Below, piece by piece: positions 38,831 through 52,136 of a stretch of DNA of 64,000 bases. The DNA comes from Octopus sinensis (Eukaryota), in NCBI RefSeq assembly GCF_006345805.1, contig NC_043000.1, positions 50,096,001-50,160,000 on the forward strand, read 5' to 3'. How positions within the stretch are numbered: position 1 is the first letter of the stretch; each line of letters begins with the position of its first letter. The notes beneath the pieces were generated by a model. The model made no database searches. It saw only the letters and a list, made by a program, of their open reading frames with translations, and was not told where the DNA came from. The translations under genes were made by a program, and so were the position numbers.

Positions 38831-41800
38831 TTCTGTGTGTGTGTGTGTGTGTGTGTGTGGTAGTGGTAGTAGTAGTAGTAGTATATAGGAAGGTAGACTA
38901 TGAGGGAGATTTGGCTGCTATTTTCAACCATACTCTGTTCCCAGCACACTGAGAAAGGCACTACAAGTGTTACAACATACCATCAGCTTTTCAAAAGTTT
39001 TATTACAGATGAAATAAAAAAAGAAACAAATATTAAAATTGTTTGAAAACAGAAATGGGTATATGTAGTGAAGAGACTAATCTCAAAACTTGCAGTATGC
39101 CTGCAAACCATTTACAGCACACATACATGTGCCATGGCACAGTGGATGGAAACAAACTAATTTTAATGCTCTGTTGTTAGCTTGTGAAACACTCTGTATG
39201 AACAGAAGGTTAAAAAATTTGACCTCGATCGTGTATTTTCTTTCATTTATTTTTGCTATAACAAAAGATTATATAAAATGCTGCACCACCACACTCCAAA
39301 GAAACGAAATAAAAAGTATATAGAATTAGATAAAATAATATGCTTCACATGATCCAATATTTAAATATATCTTCCAATGGTTTATAACAAAAAGAGCAGT
39401 TATAGTCCCTCTTAAAGCTTGTTACTCTTCAACTATATGCTTGTCACGCTGACTAAGAGAATAACATTCTTTTGATGGAAAACTGTTCAATTGAATAAAT
39501 GATTTTTTTTCCCTTTCCCTTCTTTATTTTATTTATTTGTATTTTTTTTAAGCATTTTTTTTCTTTATCATCTGAAGAGTGTTTGTTTTAATTCATTCTG
39601 TTTCCTTTATTCTGATCACTTGTCACTTTTGAAACGAAAGTGAAGAAAAGAATCATAGGAACATCAATAGTTATTCTTGTGTGGCTTATTTTATGTCTTT
39701 CCATATTTTAAGTATTTATTTATTTATTTATTCCGTCGATAGTAAAAAATAATAATAATAAAAAAATCAATTTCTCTTATCCCCAGATTGGCCTACTCTT
39801 CTGTTTGTGAATTCCATTGATAAATTGGTTATTGAACTTCGACATTACAAAAATTGGGTTGAGCATAGGTATATACAAGCAAAAGGGAGCATTGAGAAAA
39901 TTATATACACCAAACTCTGAAGGAAAATTATGAAAATACAATGCTATTTATTGACATAGCCATCATTCAACATATACAGTACTACACGGTTGTCTGAGAA
40001 GTTTGTTACCAATGTCTTAGATTACTTAGGCATTAAATTCTTCAAGTAATCATGTAACTTATCAAAAACATAATGCAATACATATTTATGTGTTCTATAT
40101 CTCTCACTGTTCAGATATATATTATACATATTTTTCTGTTAATGTCCCAATTAGATAGATGTTCCAATCCTCAACTGTAAATGGCGTTTCACTGCCAAAA
40201 TTCTAGTTTCATATATTTCTCTACATATTTAAAATCCTTATAGAGATAAATCCATATTTTGGAATCATCGTCAATCTTAATATTTATCTGCTCTAAAATT
40301 TCCAGAGACAATTATTGAATTTCCATTTCTATATTGATTTCAAACTTAAGCAAAATGCCACAGAATTTTTGGAGGAATAGGTAAAGTTTATTATAGGAAC
40401 ATATATAGCTTCTGGTATTTACTTTATTGAGCCTAGAGCATACAAAGACAGTCCATCTCAACAGGACCTGACCCATGTACACATGCACTCAAATGCATGA
40501 CTGATTTGTGTGAATGTGTTTGTGTGTATGCATATATTTCTTTTTGAAAGGAAGTAAACGTGGTGATGACAGTGATGACAATGGCAACAATGAGACTGAT
40601 GATGACAACAATGATATGATAACTATGATGATGTTCATGATGATCATGAAGATATTCAAATCAACCAAGACTAGCATTAAATAATGTTGTATTTTCTGCT
40701 TTAGGGATTTTATTTGCATCACTCATAATTCTGAGTATAATCATACTGAAAGCAACACTGTCTTCTTCTGTCTTGAGTTGCTAATATAAGTGAAATGATG
40801 AAGTTAAATACATTCATTGTCCTTTATAAAAATATGGTTTATTGACTCAACAAAATAGAACCCTTTCACTGGTTGCTAATGGTTTACTAAGTAACATGCT
40901 TCACCCACTAGCTCACAGACCAGTGGTTTGTCTCTCTGTTTCCTGTGCCAAAACAGTGCCAAATGAGCATTAGGGTTGATGTAATTGACTAGATTCCTCC
41001 ACCAGAATTTCAGACCTTGTACCTATAATACCAAGCAGAAAGAAATACTAAAATTATTGTGATTTATAATGACTGCACTATTGAATGAAACAAAGGTATC
41101 ACATTCCTAATGAAGGATGTTTTAAAGGTCTCCATTTATACATGCAATGTAAAGCTGATGTGGATTATTTAGGTTGTATGTCGATATGCCCTATGTCCAG
41201 AAGGCTAACAAATACTTGAAAGAAAGGATATCACCTGCATAGGATTATCACTTATTAAATATAACAGATTTTGTGAAACAGGGCCAACATCCCTACCTAC
41301 AAAATTGCAGAAGCATCAATGGCAATTCAAAAGCAACAAAATGTGAGAGGGAAAGGCCTTCCCTCAGGGAAACATAGGACATGGTGCAACAGAACCTGAA
41401 AAGAAGCAGCAAAGAAGAACAAAGATCCAAGTAGAAAGAAGTAAAACAGACAACCAAGAGTTAAGAACAATAGAGAATAGGGAGCGAAAGGTTCAAGTCA
41501 GTAAATATGACAATTAATGGATAGAAAGGAAATATGGGAAATAGATTTATGAAGTTGATATATTGTGGTCAAAAGGAGTCCCAGCAGCACAGAATGCAAA
41601 GAAGTGCCTAATCTAAAATATGAAAGATAAAAGGAACCATAAGGAGGTAAATAGCTGGACAGCTATCATGTCATACACAGTGGATTTGTTTGTTTCAAAT
41701 GAAACAATATCGCTTTCGTCAATTCTTCTCAAATTTCTATATCCACCACAGTTACTCAAACCATGTTCATATATATATTTTTGAGTAGCCATGCAGCTAT

Positions 41801-41915
41801 GAAGATGGCTTGATATGGAAATTTTATATATAAATATATATATTCTGATTGAATCTTCCATGAGTTAACATGTATCTCCTTGCAACAATGTAAGCTTTCA
41901 TTTAATCAATATATC

Positions 41916-42005
41916 CTTGGCCTGAAGAGTAGCCTGCAGTATAAACCTTGCTTGGATATTTACTACTTCCGAGGTTCTGCTCACTATGAAACATATGTAG
42001 CCCAG
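41916..42005 (+). ncRNA. Type I hammerhead ribozyme motif, family B copy 1
   Basis: cttggc CTGAAGA(41922-41928), stem II of 59 nt (gtag/ctat, gcag/ctgc, aaccttg/cgaggtt), GAAAC atat GTA gcccag. Palindromic ACATATGT stem III; GUA triplet, cleavage after 41999; stem I has one mismatch. Confidence 0.75.
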
Positions 42006-42290
42006 ATCTTATCTACTCCATTCTTTAATTCTTATATTGTTAATCACATACCCGGAAACCCTGGTCGCCTATTGTGAAGTATGAAAAGAACTTTTTTCAG
42101 TTTATCATAATTTGATACAAAAAAATCCACAACTTTCCATCTCAATAAGCCACTACTGTCCTTGAAAGTTGTCTTTTATATTTACTACAGACTGCTTGAA
42201 GCTAACTTCCTTCCTCCACCTCAATCCTTTGATCTTATATTTATATCTATCTATATGTCTATTTATCTATCTATCTACCTATCTATCTAC

Positions 42291-42412
<122 letters not shown>

Positions 42413-42487
42413 TATTCTGATTGAATCTTCCATGAGTTAACATGTATCTCCTTGCAACAATGTAAGCTTTCATTTAATCAAGATATC

Positions 42488-42577
42488 CTTGGCCTGAAGA
42501 GTAGCCTGCAGTATAAACCTTGCTTGGATATTTACTACTTCCGAGGTTCTGCTCACTATGAAACATATGTAGCCCAG
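42488..42577 (+). ncRNA. Type I hammerhead ribozyme motif, family B copy 2
   Basis: Identical motif: CTGAAGA at 42494-42500, cleavage predicted after 42571. Confidence 0.75.
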
Positions 42578-42851
42578 ATCTTATCTACTCCATTCTTTAA
42601 TTCTTATATTGTTAATCACATACCCGGAAACCCTGGTCGCCTATTGTGAAGTATGAAAAGAACTTTTTTCAGTTTATCATAATTTGATACAAAAAAAATC
42701 CACAACTTTCCATCTCAATAAGCCACTACTGTCCTTGAAAGTTGTCTTTTATATTTACTACAGACTGCTTGAAGCTAACTTCCTTCCTCCACCTCAATCC
42801 TTTGATCTTATATTTATATCTATCTATATGTCTATTTATCTATCTATCTAC

Positions 42852-42891
<40 letters not shown>

Positions 42892-42935
42892 ATATCTATC
42901 TATCTATCTATCTATATATATATATATATATAAAT

Positions 42936-43314
42936 GAAGCACTCCGTCGGTTACGACGACGAGGGTTCCGGTTGATCCGATCAACGGAACAGCCTGCTCG
43001 TGAAATTAACGTGTAAGTGGCTGAGCACTCCACAGACACGTGTACCCTTAACGTAATTCTCGGGGATATTCAGCGTGACACAGAGAGTGACAAGGCCAGC
43101 CCCTTGAAATACAGGTACAACAGAAACAGGAAGTAAGAGTGAGAGAAAGTTGTGGTGAAAGAGTACAGCAGGGATCACCACCATCCCCTGCCGGAGCCTC
43201 GTGGAGCTTTAGGTGTTTTCGCTCAATAAACACTCACAACGCCCGGTCTGGGAATCGAAACCGCAATCCTACGACCGCGAGTTCGCTGCCCTAACCACTG
43301 GGCCATTGCGCCTC

Positions 43315-43317
<3 letters not shown>
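42936..43317 (-). mobile_element. tRNA(Arg)-like SINE family S3 (young, CpG-rich)
   Basis: Minus-strand head gtggaggcgcaatggcccagtggttagggcagcgaactcgcggtcgtaggattgcggtttcgattccc (TCG in the anticodon-loop position); inserted in (TA)n. Confidence 0.8.
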
Positions 43318-43352
<35 letters not shown>

Positions 43353-43416
43353 ACCTACATTGATCTTATATTTATATCTATCTATCTATCTATATATATA
43401 TATATATATATATATT

Positions 43417-43718
43417 AATTATAATAATATAATAAAGGGTTAATTGCAACAAGTTGCTCAAAACCACATACCGAAAATATTAGAAATAGCAGCCAAATAG
43501 ATCACTATTTCTACTACTAGTAAAAAAATCTCCACAAACAAACAGAATTTGCAACCCGTATATGGATTAATAATAGACGAAATCGCTTCTGGATTAGAAC
43601 CGAAAGTTCATTTCCTTGTCAATATAATATTTCCTATAAATCTAGAAATGCTAGGAAAAAAACTCACCCATTACACCAGCTCGATCAGGTGACATTGAAC
43701 GATCTAACGGTCCGTTTT
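43417..43718 (-). mobile_element. Diverged relative of family A, interrupted by a SINE
   Basis: 'aataaagggttaattgcaacaagttgc..accacataccgaaaatattagaaatagcagccaaatag..ctatttctact' matches family A 18087-18170; starts in (TA)n. Confidence 0.6.
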
Positions 43719-44115
43719 GTGGCTGTGTGGTAAGTAGCTTGCTAACCAACCACATGGTTCCGGGTTCAGTCCCACTGCGTGGCATCTTGGGCAAGTGTCT
43801 TCTGCTATAGCCCCGGGCCGACCAATGCCTTGTGAGTGGATTTGGTAGACGGAAACTGAAAGAAGCCTGTCGTATATATGTATATATATGTACATATGTG
43901 TATGTGTGTGTTTGTCTCCCTAGCATTGCTTGACAACCGATGCTGGTGTGTTTACGTCCCCGTCACTTAGCGGTTCGGCAAAAGAGACCGATAGAATAAG
44001 TACTGGGCTTACAATGAATAAGTCCCGGGGTCGATTTGCTCGACTAAAGGCGGTGCTCCAGCATGGCCGCAGTCAAATGACTGAAACAAGTAAAAGAGTA
44101 AAAGAGAGTAAAGAG
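43719..44115 (+). mobile_element. SINE family S1 (young)
   Basis: gtggctgtgtggtaagtagc...ggttcagtcccactgcgtggc...caaatgactgaaacaagtaaaagagtaaaagag. Further partial copies at about 7305-7466(-), 36989-37345(+), 48918-49082(-), 51940-52100(+), 52162-52300(-) and 57196-57315(+). Confidence 0.85.
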
Positions 44116-44146
<31 letters not shown>

Positions 44147-45266
44147 ATGGCATACCTACATACAGTCACAGTTCTTCATTCATCATCAATGCTGGCATGA
44201 GTTGTATCATTTGACTAGAGCTGGCAAGCTGAGGGGCTGCACCTGACTCCAGTCTGATTTGGCATGGTCTCTACAACTGAATGCCCTTCCTAATGCCAAC
44301 CGCTCCAAGAGTGTAATGGGTGTTTTTATGTGCCACTTGAATGGAATACTGGTCTGTCGCAGATGAGCTGCTAGATGCTGGAGGAATATACATACTTGAC
44401 AAAAATTATTCAGTAATTCTTCTGTTTGATCTAAAATTGTTTTTATAACTCAGCATAAAAAGAAACATATATACATGTATGTGTGTTTGTATGTGTGCAT
44501 TATTTATGTATATATATATTTATGTATGTAACGATGATGATGATGATGTATGTATATATATATTTATACGTGTGTGTGTATGAATATATATATATATATA
44601 TATATATATTTCTTTACTACCCACAAGGGGCTAAACACAGAGGGGATATACAAGGACAGACAAACGGATTAAGTCGATTACATCGACCCCAGTGCGTAAC
44701 TGGTACTTAATTTATCGACCCCGAAAGGATGAAAGGCAAAGTGGACCTCGGTATATATATATATATATACATACACACACACATAAGCAAATACATATAT
44801 AAACACATACATAAACACATACACACACACAAATATTTAAGTGAATATTTGTAGGCTGCAAACTGTTTCATATCCAACATAGTTTTTTGAACCATATTCT
44901 GAAAACTTCCATTAGAAATGAAATAGTTTACAACCAGTAAGCATTCATTTAAATAAGTATCCTAACAAGTTTTAACACACTAGGATTTCCTTATTTTTAT
45001 TAACACTAGCTTAGATCTTATAAACTAGTTCCTTTTAGTGTGCGTGTGTAATTTATTTTCCTAGCCTAGTTTCACTTTTTCATTGTCTGGATGATCATAC
45101 AGAAGCAATAAACTTGCATTAACAATGGACTGGATCATCAGTCTAGAGTACATACATACATACACACATACATTCATACATATAATTATATATATGCAAT
45201 ACATGTACAAATTACATGTTAGTATTTACCATTAAGTGAAACAATATTCAAAACATGTATGTATGA

Positions 45267-45296
<30 letters not shown>

Positions 45297-45297
<1 letters not shown>

Positions 45298-45493
45298 ATA
45301 ACAAAGGGTAAAATTAATTAATTAAGAAGTAATCAATAATTTCACCAAGTAGAATTCGGCATGAAAAAGGACCATTTCATGGTAAGCTTAAGTAATACTT
45401 GATAAAAAGGGTTCAACAAAGATTTGCTTTACCACATACAGAATTTCGGTAGGTGGTAAAGCAAATCTTTGCTGAACCCTTTTTATTAAGTAT
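45297..45493. mobile_element. Short fold-back relative of family A
   Basis: 'aaagggtaaaattaattaatt...tttcaccaagtagaattcggcatg...ttaccacatacagaatt|tcggtaggtggtaaagc...aaccctttttattaagta' aligns by eye to both family A termini. Inversion at the same accacatac-gaatt point; flanked by (TA)n. Confidence 0.75.
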
Positions 45494-45503
45494 ATATATA
45501 TCT

Positions 45504-45695
45504 GTGCAGGTGGCACGTAAAAAGCACCCACTACACTCACGGAGTGGTTGGCGTTAGGAAGGGCATCCAGCTGTAGAAACATTGCCAGATTAGACTGGAG
45601 CCTGGTGCAGCCTTCTGGCTTCCCAGAACCCCGGTCGAACCGTCCAACCCATGCTAGCATGGAGAACGGACGTTAAACGACGATGATGATGATGA

Positions 45696-45699
<4 letters not shown>
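45504..45699 (+). mobile_element. RTE 3'-end fragment (severely 5'-truncated copy)
   Basis: High identity to 36555-36745 (ggtggcacgtaaaaagcacccactacactcacggagtggttggcgttaggaagggcatccag...catgctagcatgg) with a (GAT)n tail, in (TA)n. More diverged copies at about 290-470(+), 6165-6360(+), 13255-13430(+), 25790-25990(+), 44180-44336(-), 6728-6955(-), 9545-9770(-) and 31825-31975(-). Confidence 0.85.
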
Positions 45700-45739
<40 letters not shown>

Positions 45740-45996
45740 AAAATAAATGCGCCCTTTTTAAAGCCTAGCCAGGCTCATGAACCCGGTTTCCTGGTTTCCG
45801 TGGCGTATGTGTTCCCCAGCTGGACGGAACGCCAGTCCATCACAGCGTTACTCATTTTTGCCAGCTGAGTGGACTGGAGCAACGTGAAATGAAGTGTTTT
45901 GCTCAAGAACACAACATGTCGCCCGTTCCAGGAATTGAAACCACAATCTTACAATCATGATGCTGACACCCTAACCACTAAGACACATGGCTCCAC

Positions 45997-46030
<34 letters not shown>

Positions 46031-46216
46031 ACACACACAAACACGCACGTGTATACATGTTTTTATGCCTTAGGAGGGGCATCAGGCAGTAGAAACCATG
46101 CGAAAGCAGACAATCAAGCATGATGCATTTCTTGCACTCATCAGATCCTCATCAAACAGTCCAACATGGAACATGGACTTATAACAGTGATGATGATGGT
46201 TTCATATACATGTATG

Positions 46217-46248
<32 letters not shown>

Positions 46249-46743
46249 AGTATATTTTGGTGTGTATATACCCACACATGCATATGAAAACGTGCATATG
46301 CATCTGTGTCTACTTATCGATGTATGCTACAAGTATTGATACGTTTGTGTTAATGAGTTTAAAATCCACACATTTGTGATACTATAGAATTGCCTATGGA
46401 CAATTCTTAGAGCTGTTCTACTTTAATGTTGAAGGAAACAAGACTGAAATAAATGTGATCTTCCTTCTGTCATCCCACTCTCCATCCTGTCTCTTAATGT
46501 TGTGTTACATCAGTAATATTCAATAGCTGCAGGGAACAAGACTCTAATTGAAATGATGACTCATTTTCTCAATATTATTCACAGTGATTTACTTTTTATT
46601 TGTGTACATGTGTATATATATACATATGAGTGTCTCTCAATGTATCAGTCTTTCTATCAATCTATGTATCTACCTCTGCGAGTATATATATATATATATA
46701 TAATATATATATATACATATATACATACATATATATATATATT

Positions 46744-46810
<67 letters not shown>

Positions 46811-49800
46811 GGAAGATAGATAGATATATAGATATACACACAACTAATGCATGTTTTACTGCTTCCCTGCATTGGACATATAGACAATATATATGTGTAT
46901 AGGAATACATATATGCATAAATACATATATGGTTATTTATATACACATACATATATACAGATACATAATCACATACATACATGAACGTGTTTGAATATAA
47001 AAAAATTAATATACAAAAACACCTTTGCATATAAGTATTTATGCATATACACAGATGCATGTATACATATGCACACACACATAGACTGAGTACTATTTTA
47101 CAATATATACTAACATGTAACTCAATGTTCATATACACACACACACACACACACATGTATATGTATGTATATATATATATATATATTTATATATTGATGC
47201 TGTTTGATATAAGATGAGTTATCAGAGAAACAGGATAGCTAGGACAAGGCAGGGATTAAACCTACCTACAACATAAACCTGTGATGACATGTGCAAACGT
47301 GCAAGGGAACCTCTACATACTTGAATAGCCAGAAATTGCTGTCAAATCTCTTTCAAATTACACCCTACCATTTTTTTTTAAATGGGAGTATGCATCAAAT
47401 AACATAATTATAGATAAACTGTGCTTGAAATCATATGGTATAGTCCCATGTGTAATGTCCTTGATCATAGGAATTTTTAGATCAGGGCTGTTGACCTTAG
47501 AGTGAAGAACACTAATTCCAGGTGATTACAAACTAGTTCAAGCTTAGAAATAATTTTCTGCACAAGATTGAACTGGATTCTTCTAAGAATGACTCTTCTT
47601 ATATTCAGTTATGGAGAGGTAGACTCATAAGAATGTTAAGCTAATGAAGTACCTTCATGTTCGTTTGCACCATAAAAGTGATGGAGCGGGGAGTCAGCTA
47701 TTTTCTCTTGGAAATCAATCTAATAAAGCTGTTCTTATGATTTATGATATCGCACTCTTTGCTCCTTACATGTATGATACAGAAACCATGAAGTGTTCAT
47801 TATTGTAATGATCAGGCAATATCAATGACATAACACACAGGAAAGCTGCTGAAAATACATGGAAAATGGTTATAGAGAATACTCAGAATCCAGATAAAAA
47901 TGAAAGATCATCACTGGTAACTTCCCCAATAGCAACTGCAGTGATTACATTAACATAAAGACAGACTTCGCTGTACTATTTGTGTTTGATAACTTTTCCA
48001 CTATCCTCTCTTTCCTTACCTGTTTAGTCAGCACCAAACCCTATCTTGCTTACACTTTTTCATTTAACATTTCATACATAATGTTCTATAGAATTTTCCT
48101 GCCATCTTACATTGAGTATGTTAGATACTGGTGCTATTCCTTTATCATTTGAAGTCAGACCTGTTATCATAACTATTACAAATCATTTCTTTTATTCTAC
48201 CAATCAATATGGAAATAACAGAAGATGAATATATGCACAGAATCCAGACCTTTATTTTGACACAGAAAATTTTAAGGTCCTTTTCACAAACTTACAGATA
48301 ATTCTTACATTGATGTAAATGCCTGTTAAATTGATAGTAACTTCAAGGAAGACATGTTAGGAATTTCAGCACTTCATAAAGAAATGCTGTGAAAATATAA
48401 ACAAATTCCAGCCCGTTCCCAATGTGGTTATGTGTACAAGATTGACACTATAAAAGATATGACAATGTGAGATGGTGTAGTAAAAGATATCAGTTAAAAT
48501 GTGAGTATCAGTTTAATGTATGTGTTGTACTACTAAAACTGCAAAGGGTAATCAAACTAAACATACACTCCAGAAAATACTTATCTGATTTCAGTCACAA
48601 TTGCAATTTTTATATCATTGTTTCAAAGTTTAAGCACAAGGCTAGCAATTTTTAAAAGAGGGCTAAGTTAATTACATTGATCAAATGGTACTTATTTTAT
48701 CAACCCTGATAATATGAAAGGCAAATCTGAACCCAGAATGAAGAGAGTTGGAAGAAATGTCGCTAAACATTTTGTCTGACTTGCTAACAATTCTACCAGA
48801 TCACTGCCTTAATTTTCATTTCAATGTTAAAAGGGGACAAGATGTATTTCATCCCAAAAGCTTAGCTCACTTTACACAAACAAAAAAAAAACATTTCACA
48901 CACACACACACACATATACAATGGGCTTCTTTCAGTTCCCATCTACCAAATCTACTCTCAAGACTTTGGTCAGCCCGAAGCTATAGTAGAAGGCACTTAC
49001 CTGAGGTGTCACACAGTGAGACTGAACCCAGAAACATGTGGGTGGGAAGCAAGCTTCTTGCCACACAGCTGTGCCTGCACCTATGAGCATAAATATTTTT
49101 TTTATTTAATTAGTGACATTAAGAGATGACGTTGATTATGAGGCATACACACACACATACATAATAGGGTTCTCCATAGGGTTCTGCATAGCTCAGAGCC
49201 TCTCTAGGTCAAGCCATATTATTCTACATTGAGAGGTCACAGCTGCAGTATTACTGACATTTGAATAGAATGTTGAGTAGAAAAAGAATAACAAGATGGA
49301 TTCTTCAAGCCAAACCAACTGGCAGGAGACTTAAGGGTAGGCCAAGATCGAGATAATTGGATAACATGCATAGTTTCAATTGGTTATGCTTGGGAATCCA
49401 GTCAGGTAGTCTAATGACAGATGCTTCTGATAAGTCCCTATGAAGGAGGTAATTGCGGACTATGAGCAGAGAAAATGGATGATGGATGTCTGTGTATGTG
49501 TATGTGTCTGTGTGTGTCTGTGTCTTTGTCTGTGTATCTAGGTCTGTGTGTGAAGAAATACAGACACATGCTTCCAAGCTTGAGGGATGTATTTATATGA
49601 AACTTGTGCATACAATTTACATGATATGAACAAGTCATATGTTTGCAATATACATACATTTATACAATGGTTTGTTGAGTAACAATATAAAAATTGAACA
49701 TCAATTATACTGCATAGAACATAGACAATATAATTAATGTTCTAACATACAATAATACATCATTAAACAGTCTCAAAGTAATGCAGTTATCACATCCATG

Positions 49801-51663
49801 ATATTCCTTAAAATGAAACCACACAACAGAAATATTCTCTATTTTCTACAAACACTATAAAACACAGAACAACCATGTTTTGTTTTTTTTTCAGATCATT
49901 TCTAAAACCTAAACAACTTCAATTTCTGTGATAATATCCTATTTCTCATTTCTGCCTCCTTCTATGGTGCAATGTGCTTAAAACCCTTAAACTTGCATGC
50001 ACCAGTTTTACAAAAGACAGCATCTAGCATATGAAAGGATGAAATTGAATAGAAAGAAAATTCAAGGTAAGAAGTATCAACAGAACAGAAGTTGAATACA
50101 GCTGTTGGGGAATGAAAGTAACACACACATACATATACATACACATACACTAGTGCAGGAAAATATATTAAAAAGTCCTCCTTTTTTCATTGACAGATTA
50201 TCATTTTCTAAACCTTAGATAATATAGTCACAATACTTTGTACAACTATACAGTGTTCTTAAATCGTTCTTAGAATAGTAAAAGAGCAGTAGCAGTATTA
50301 AATATTGTTGTTATTGTTGCTGTTTTATATACATTCAACATCATCAACATAAAAAAAGTAAAACATATTTTCCTGCTGAATGAAAAAAATATATATATTT
50401 TCAAAATGATCTTCCTTCTCTAGTGCATTATAAAAATATTAAAAATTTGTTGAGTTATAGAAAATTGCCTAGCAGATTAGGTAACTATTTTATTGGCATT
50501 TTAATAAATTTTAAAGAATTGTCTAGAAGTTTTGGTTTTTTTTAAATTAAAAAAGCAAGAGGGAAACAACTACATATGCTCTTTCATATTACTAAAGAAC
50601 CAAAATCTCTTTTTACATCAACCATCCAAAATTGTTATTTCAGAGAAAATGTGTTAGTTTTTAATAGATGTACACACATCCGGGTACACACACACACACA
50701 CATAAATGTGTGTGTGTGTATGTGTATATATACATAAATGCACAAAAGCGCACACACACGTGTGTGTGCATGTATATATATATATATATACACACACACA
50801 TGCATGCACACACACACACATCAAAATTGCATACATACATTATTTTTCTAACCATGTGATTTGTTATTATATTACAATAGTGAAATATTCCTTTTGTAAA
50901 TAAGAGACTTCTATTTTCTGATTCTATTGAAAACACATTTTATGTAAATTGTTTTTGTAGGTAAATGTGATTAGCTTCTAATTAATTGTGTGCTGCATTC
51001 ACTGAGATCTCTCAGTTACTTTTAATTATTTCCTTGCTGATAGAATCAGTCGATATAGGGAAATGTTCAGCTAATACAATTTTCTGTTCAATAGTAATTT
51101 GAGAATCAATACAGAGTACAATGAAAATGTTCAAAGTCTTCATGCTACTAACATTGCACAAACACATACAAACACATACACACACACACGCACACACACA
51201 CACACACGTACATGCACAAGCTAAAAGCCTAGTAGTTTGGCTACCGAGCTAACATACATACAAGTTCAACAGATGATGTGAACTGGTTGAGGGGATGTTG
51301 TAATCAAAAGATATTTAGTTGATCAGACTTAAGAGGCTGAAAATTAGGATTTCATTACGGCAGAAATATTTAATGGCATTTATATATATAAAGATAGATA
51401 GATGGAAATAAGGGAGAGACATAGTAATACTTTTAAAATGATTTGGCTTTTCAAAATGTGATTTCCTCAGAGTATAATTACTTTAACATCTCAAAAGAAG
51501 AAACATTATCACTTATTGTCGTTGTTTAATCTCTACTGTGCTGACCTACGACATGTTGGTAATTAAACTACAAGAGGTAACCCACATATCCACAGCACCA
51601 GGTATACTATGCTCTAAAAGATTATCACCTTCCAGTGATTAGTGATAGCAGTCAAAAATTACT

Positions 51664-51886
51664 TTAACTCTTTAGCATTTAAATTGATCATATCTGACCA
51701 AAATATTCTACTTGCTTTATGTTCAAACTGGCTGGATCAAGCCTTTCACACCTACCCCGCAAGGTTATTTAAAAAGATGTAACAATCACATCAAAATCTG
51801 AAAACTAGAAGATAATGCATAATTCAAGACAATGTGAATAAATAAGCATTGCATTTGACAGAATAATCTCAAAGCTAAAGGGTTAA
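51664..51886. mobile_element. piggyBac-type MITE, family M1 (opposite orientation), abutting an M2 end at a shared TTAA
   Basis: TTAA-CTCTTTAGCATTT ... GCTAAAGGG-TTAA-CCCTTTTGCTACC. Confidence 0.7.
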
Positions 51887-52101
51887 CCCTTTTGCTACCA
51901 TTTTCTTGTGAAATATATTGCTTTTACTTCAATCAAATCATAGCTTTGTGATTAAGAAGCTCACATTGCAACCACATGATTTTAGGTTCAGTCCCACTTC
52001 ATGCCACCTTGGGCCTTCTACTATAGCCCCTGACCAACCAAAACATTATGAATGAATTTGGTAGATGGAAATGTGGACGCTGAAAGAAGCCAATTGTATA
52101 A

Positions 52102-52136
<35 letters not shown>

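Noticed and set aside
39560-39652. CTGAAGA...GAAAC-gaaa-GTG hammerhead-like string
   Set aside because: The triplet would be GUG (non-cleavable), stem II does not close next to GAAA and stem I pairs poorly; probably chance.
41100-41835. Possible Penelope RT/GIY-YIG ORF remnant upstream of the family B hammerhead
   Set aside because: I could not read RT or GIY-YIG motifs by eye; a tBLASTx/HMMER search against PLE proteins would be needed.
43240-43317. tRNA genes at SINE heads (also 32395-32470 and 21446-21510)
   Set aside because: A/B boxes are present but the cloverleaf is incomplete and they continue into SINE bodies.
43699-43718. Possible 3' half of a hammerhead (minus-strand AAAC-GGACC-GTT) at the SINE junction
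   Set aside because: The 5' half is absent and the G of GAAA is missing; cannot be supported.
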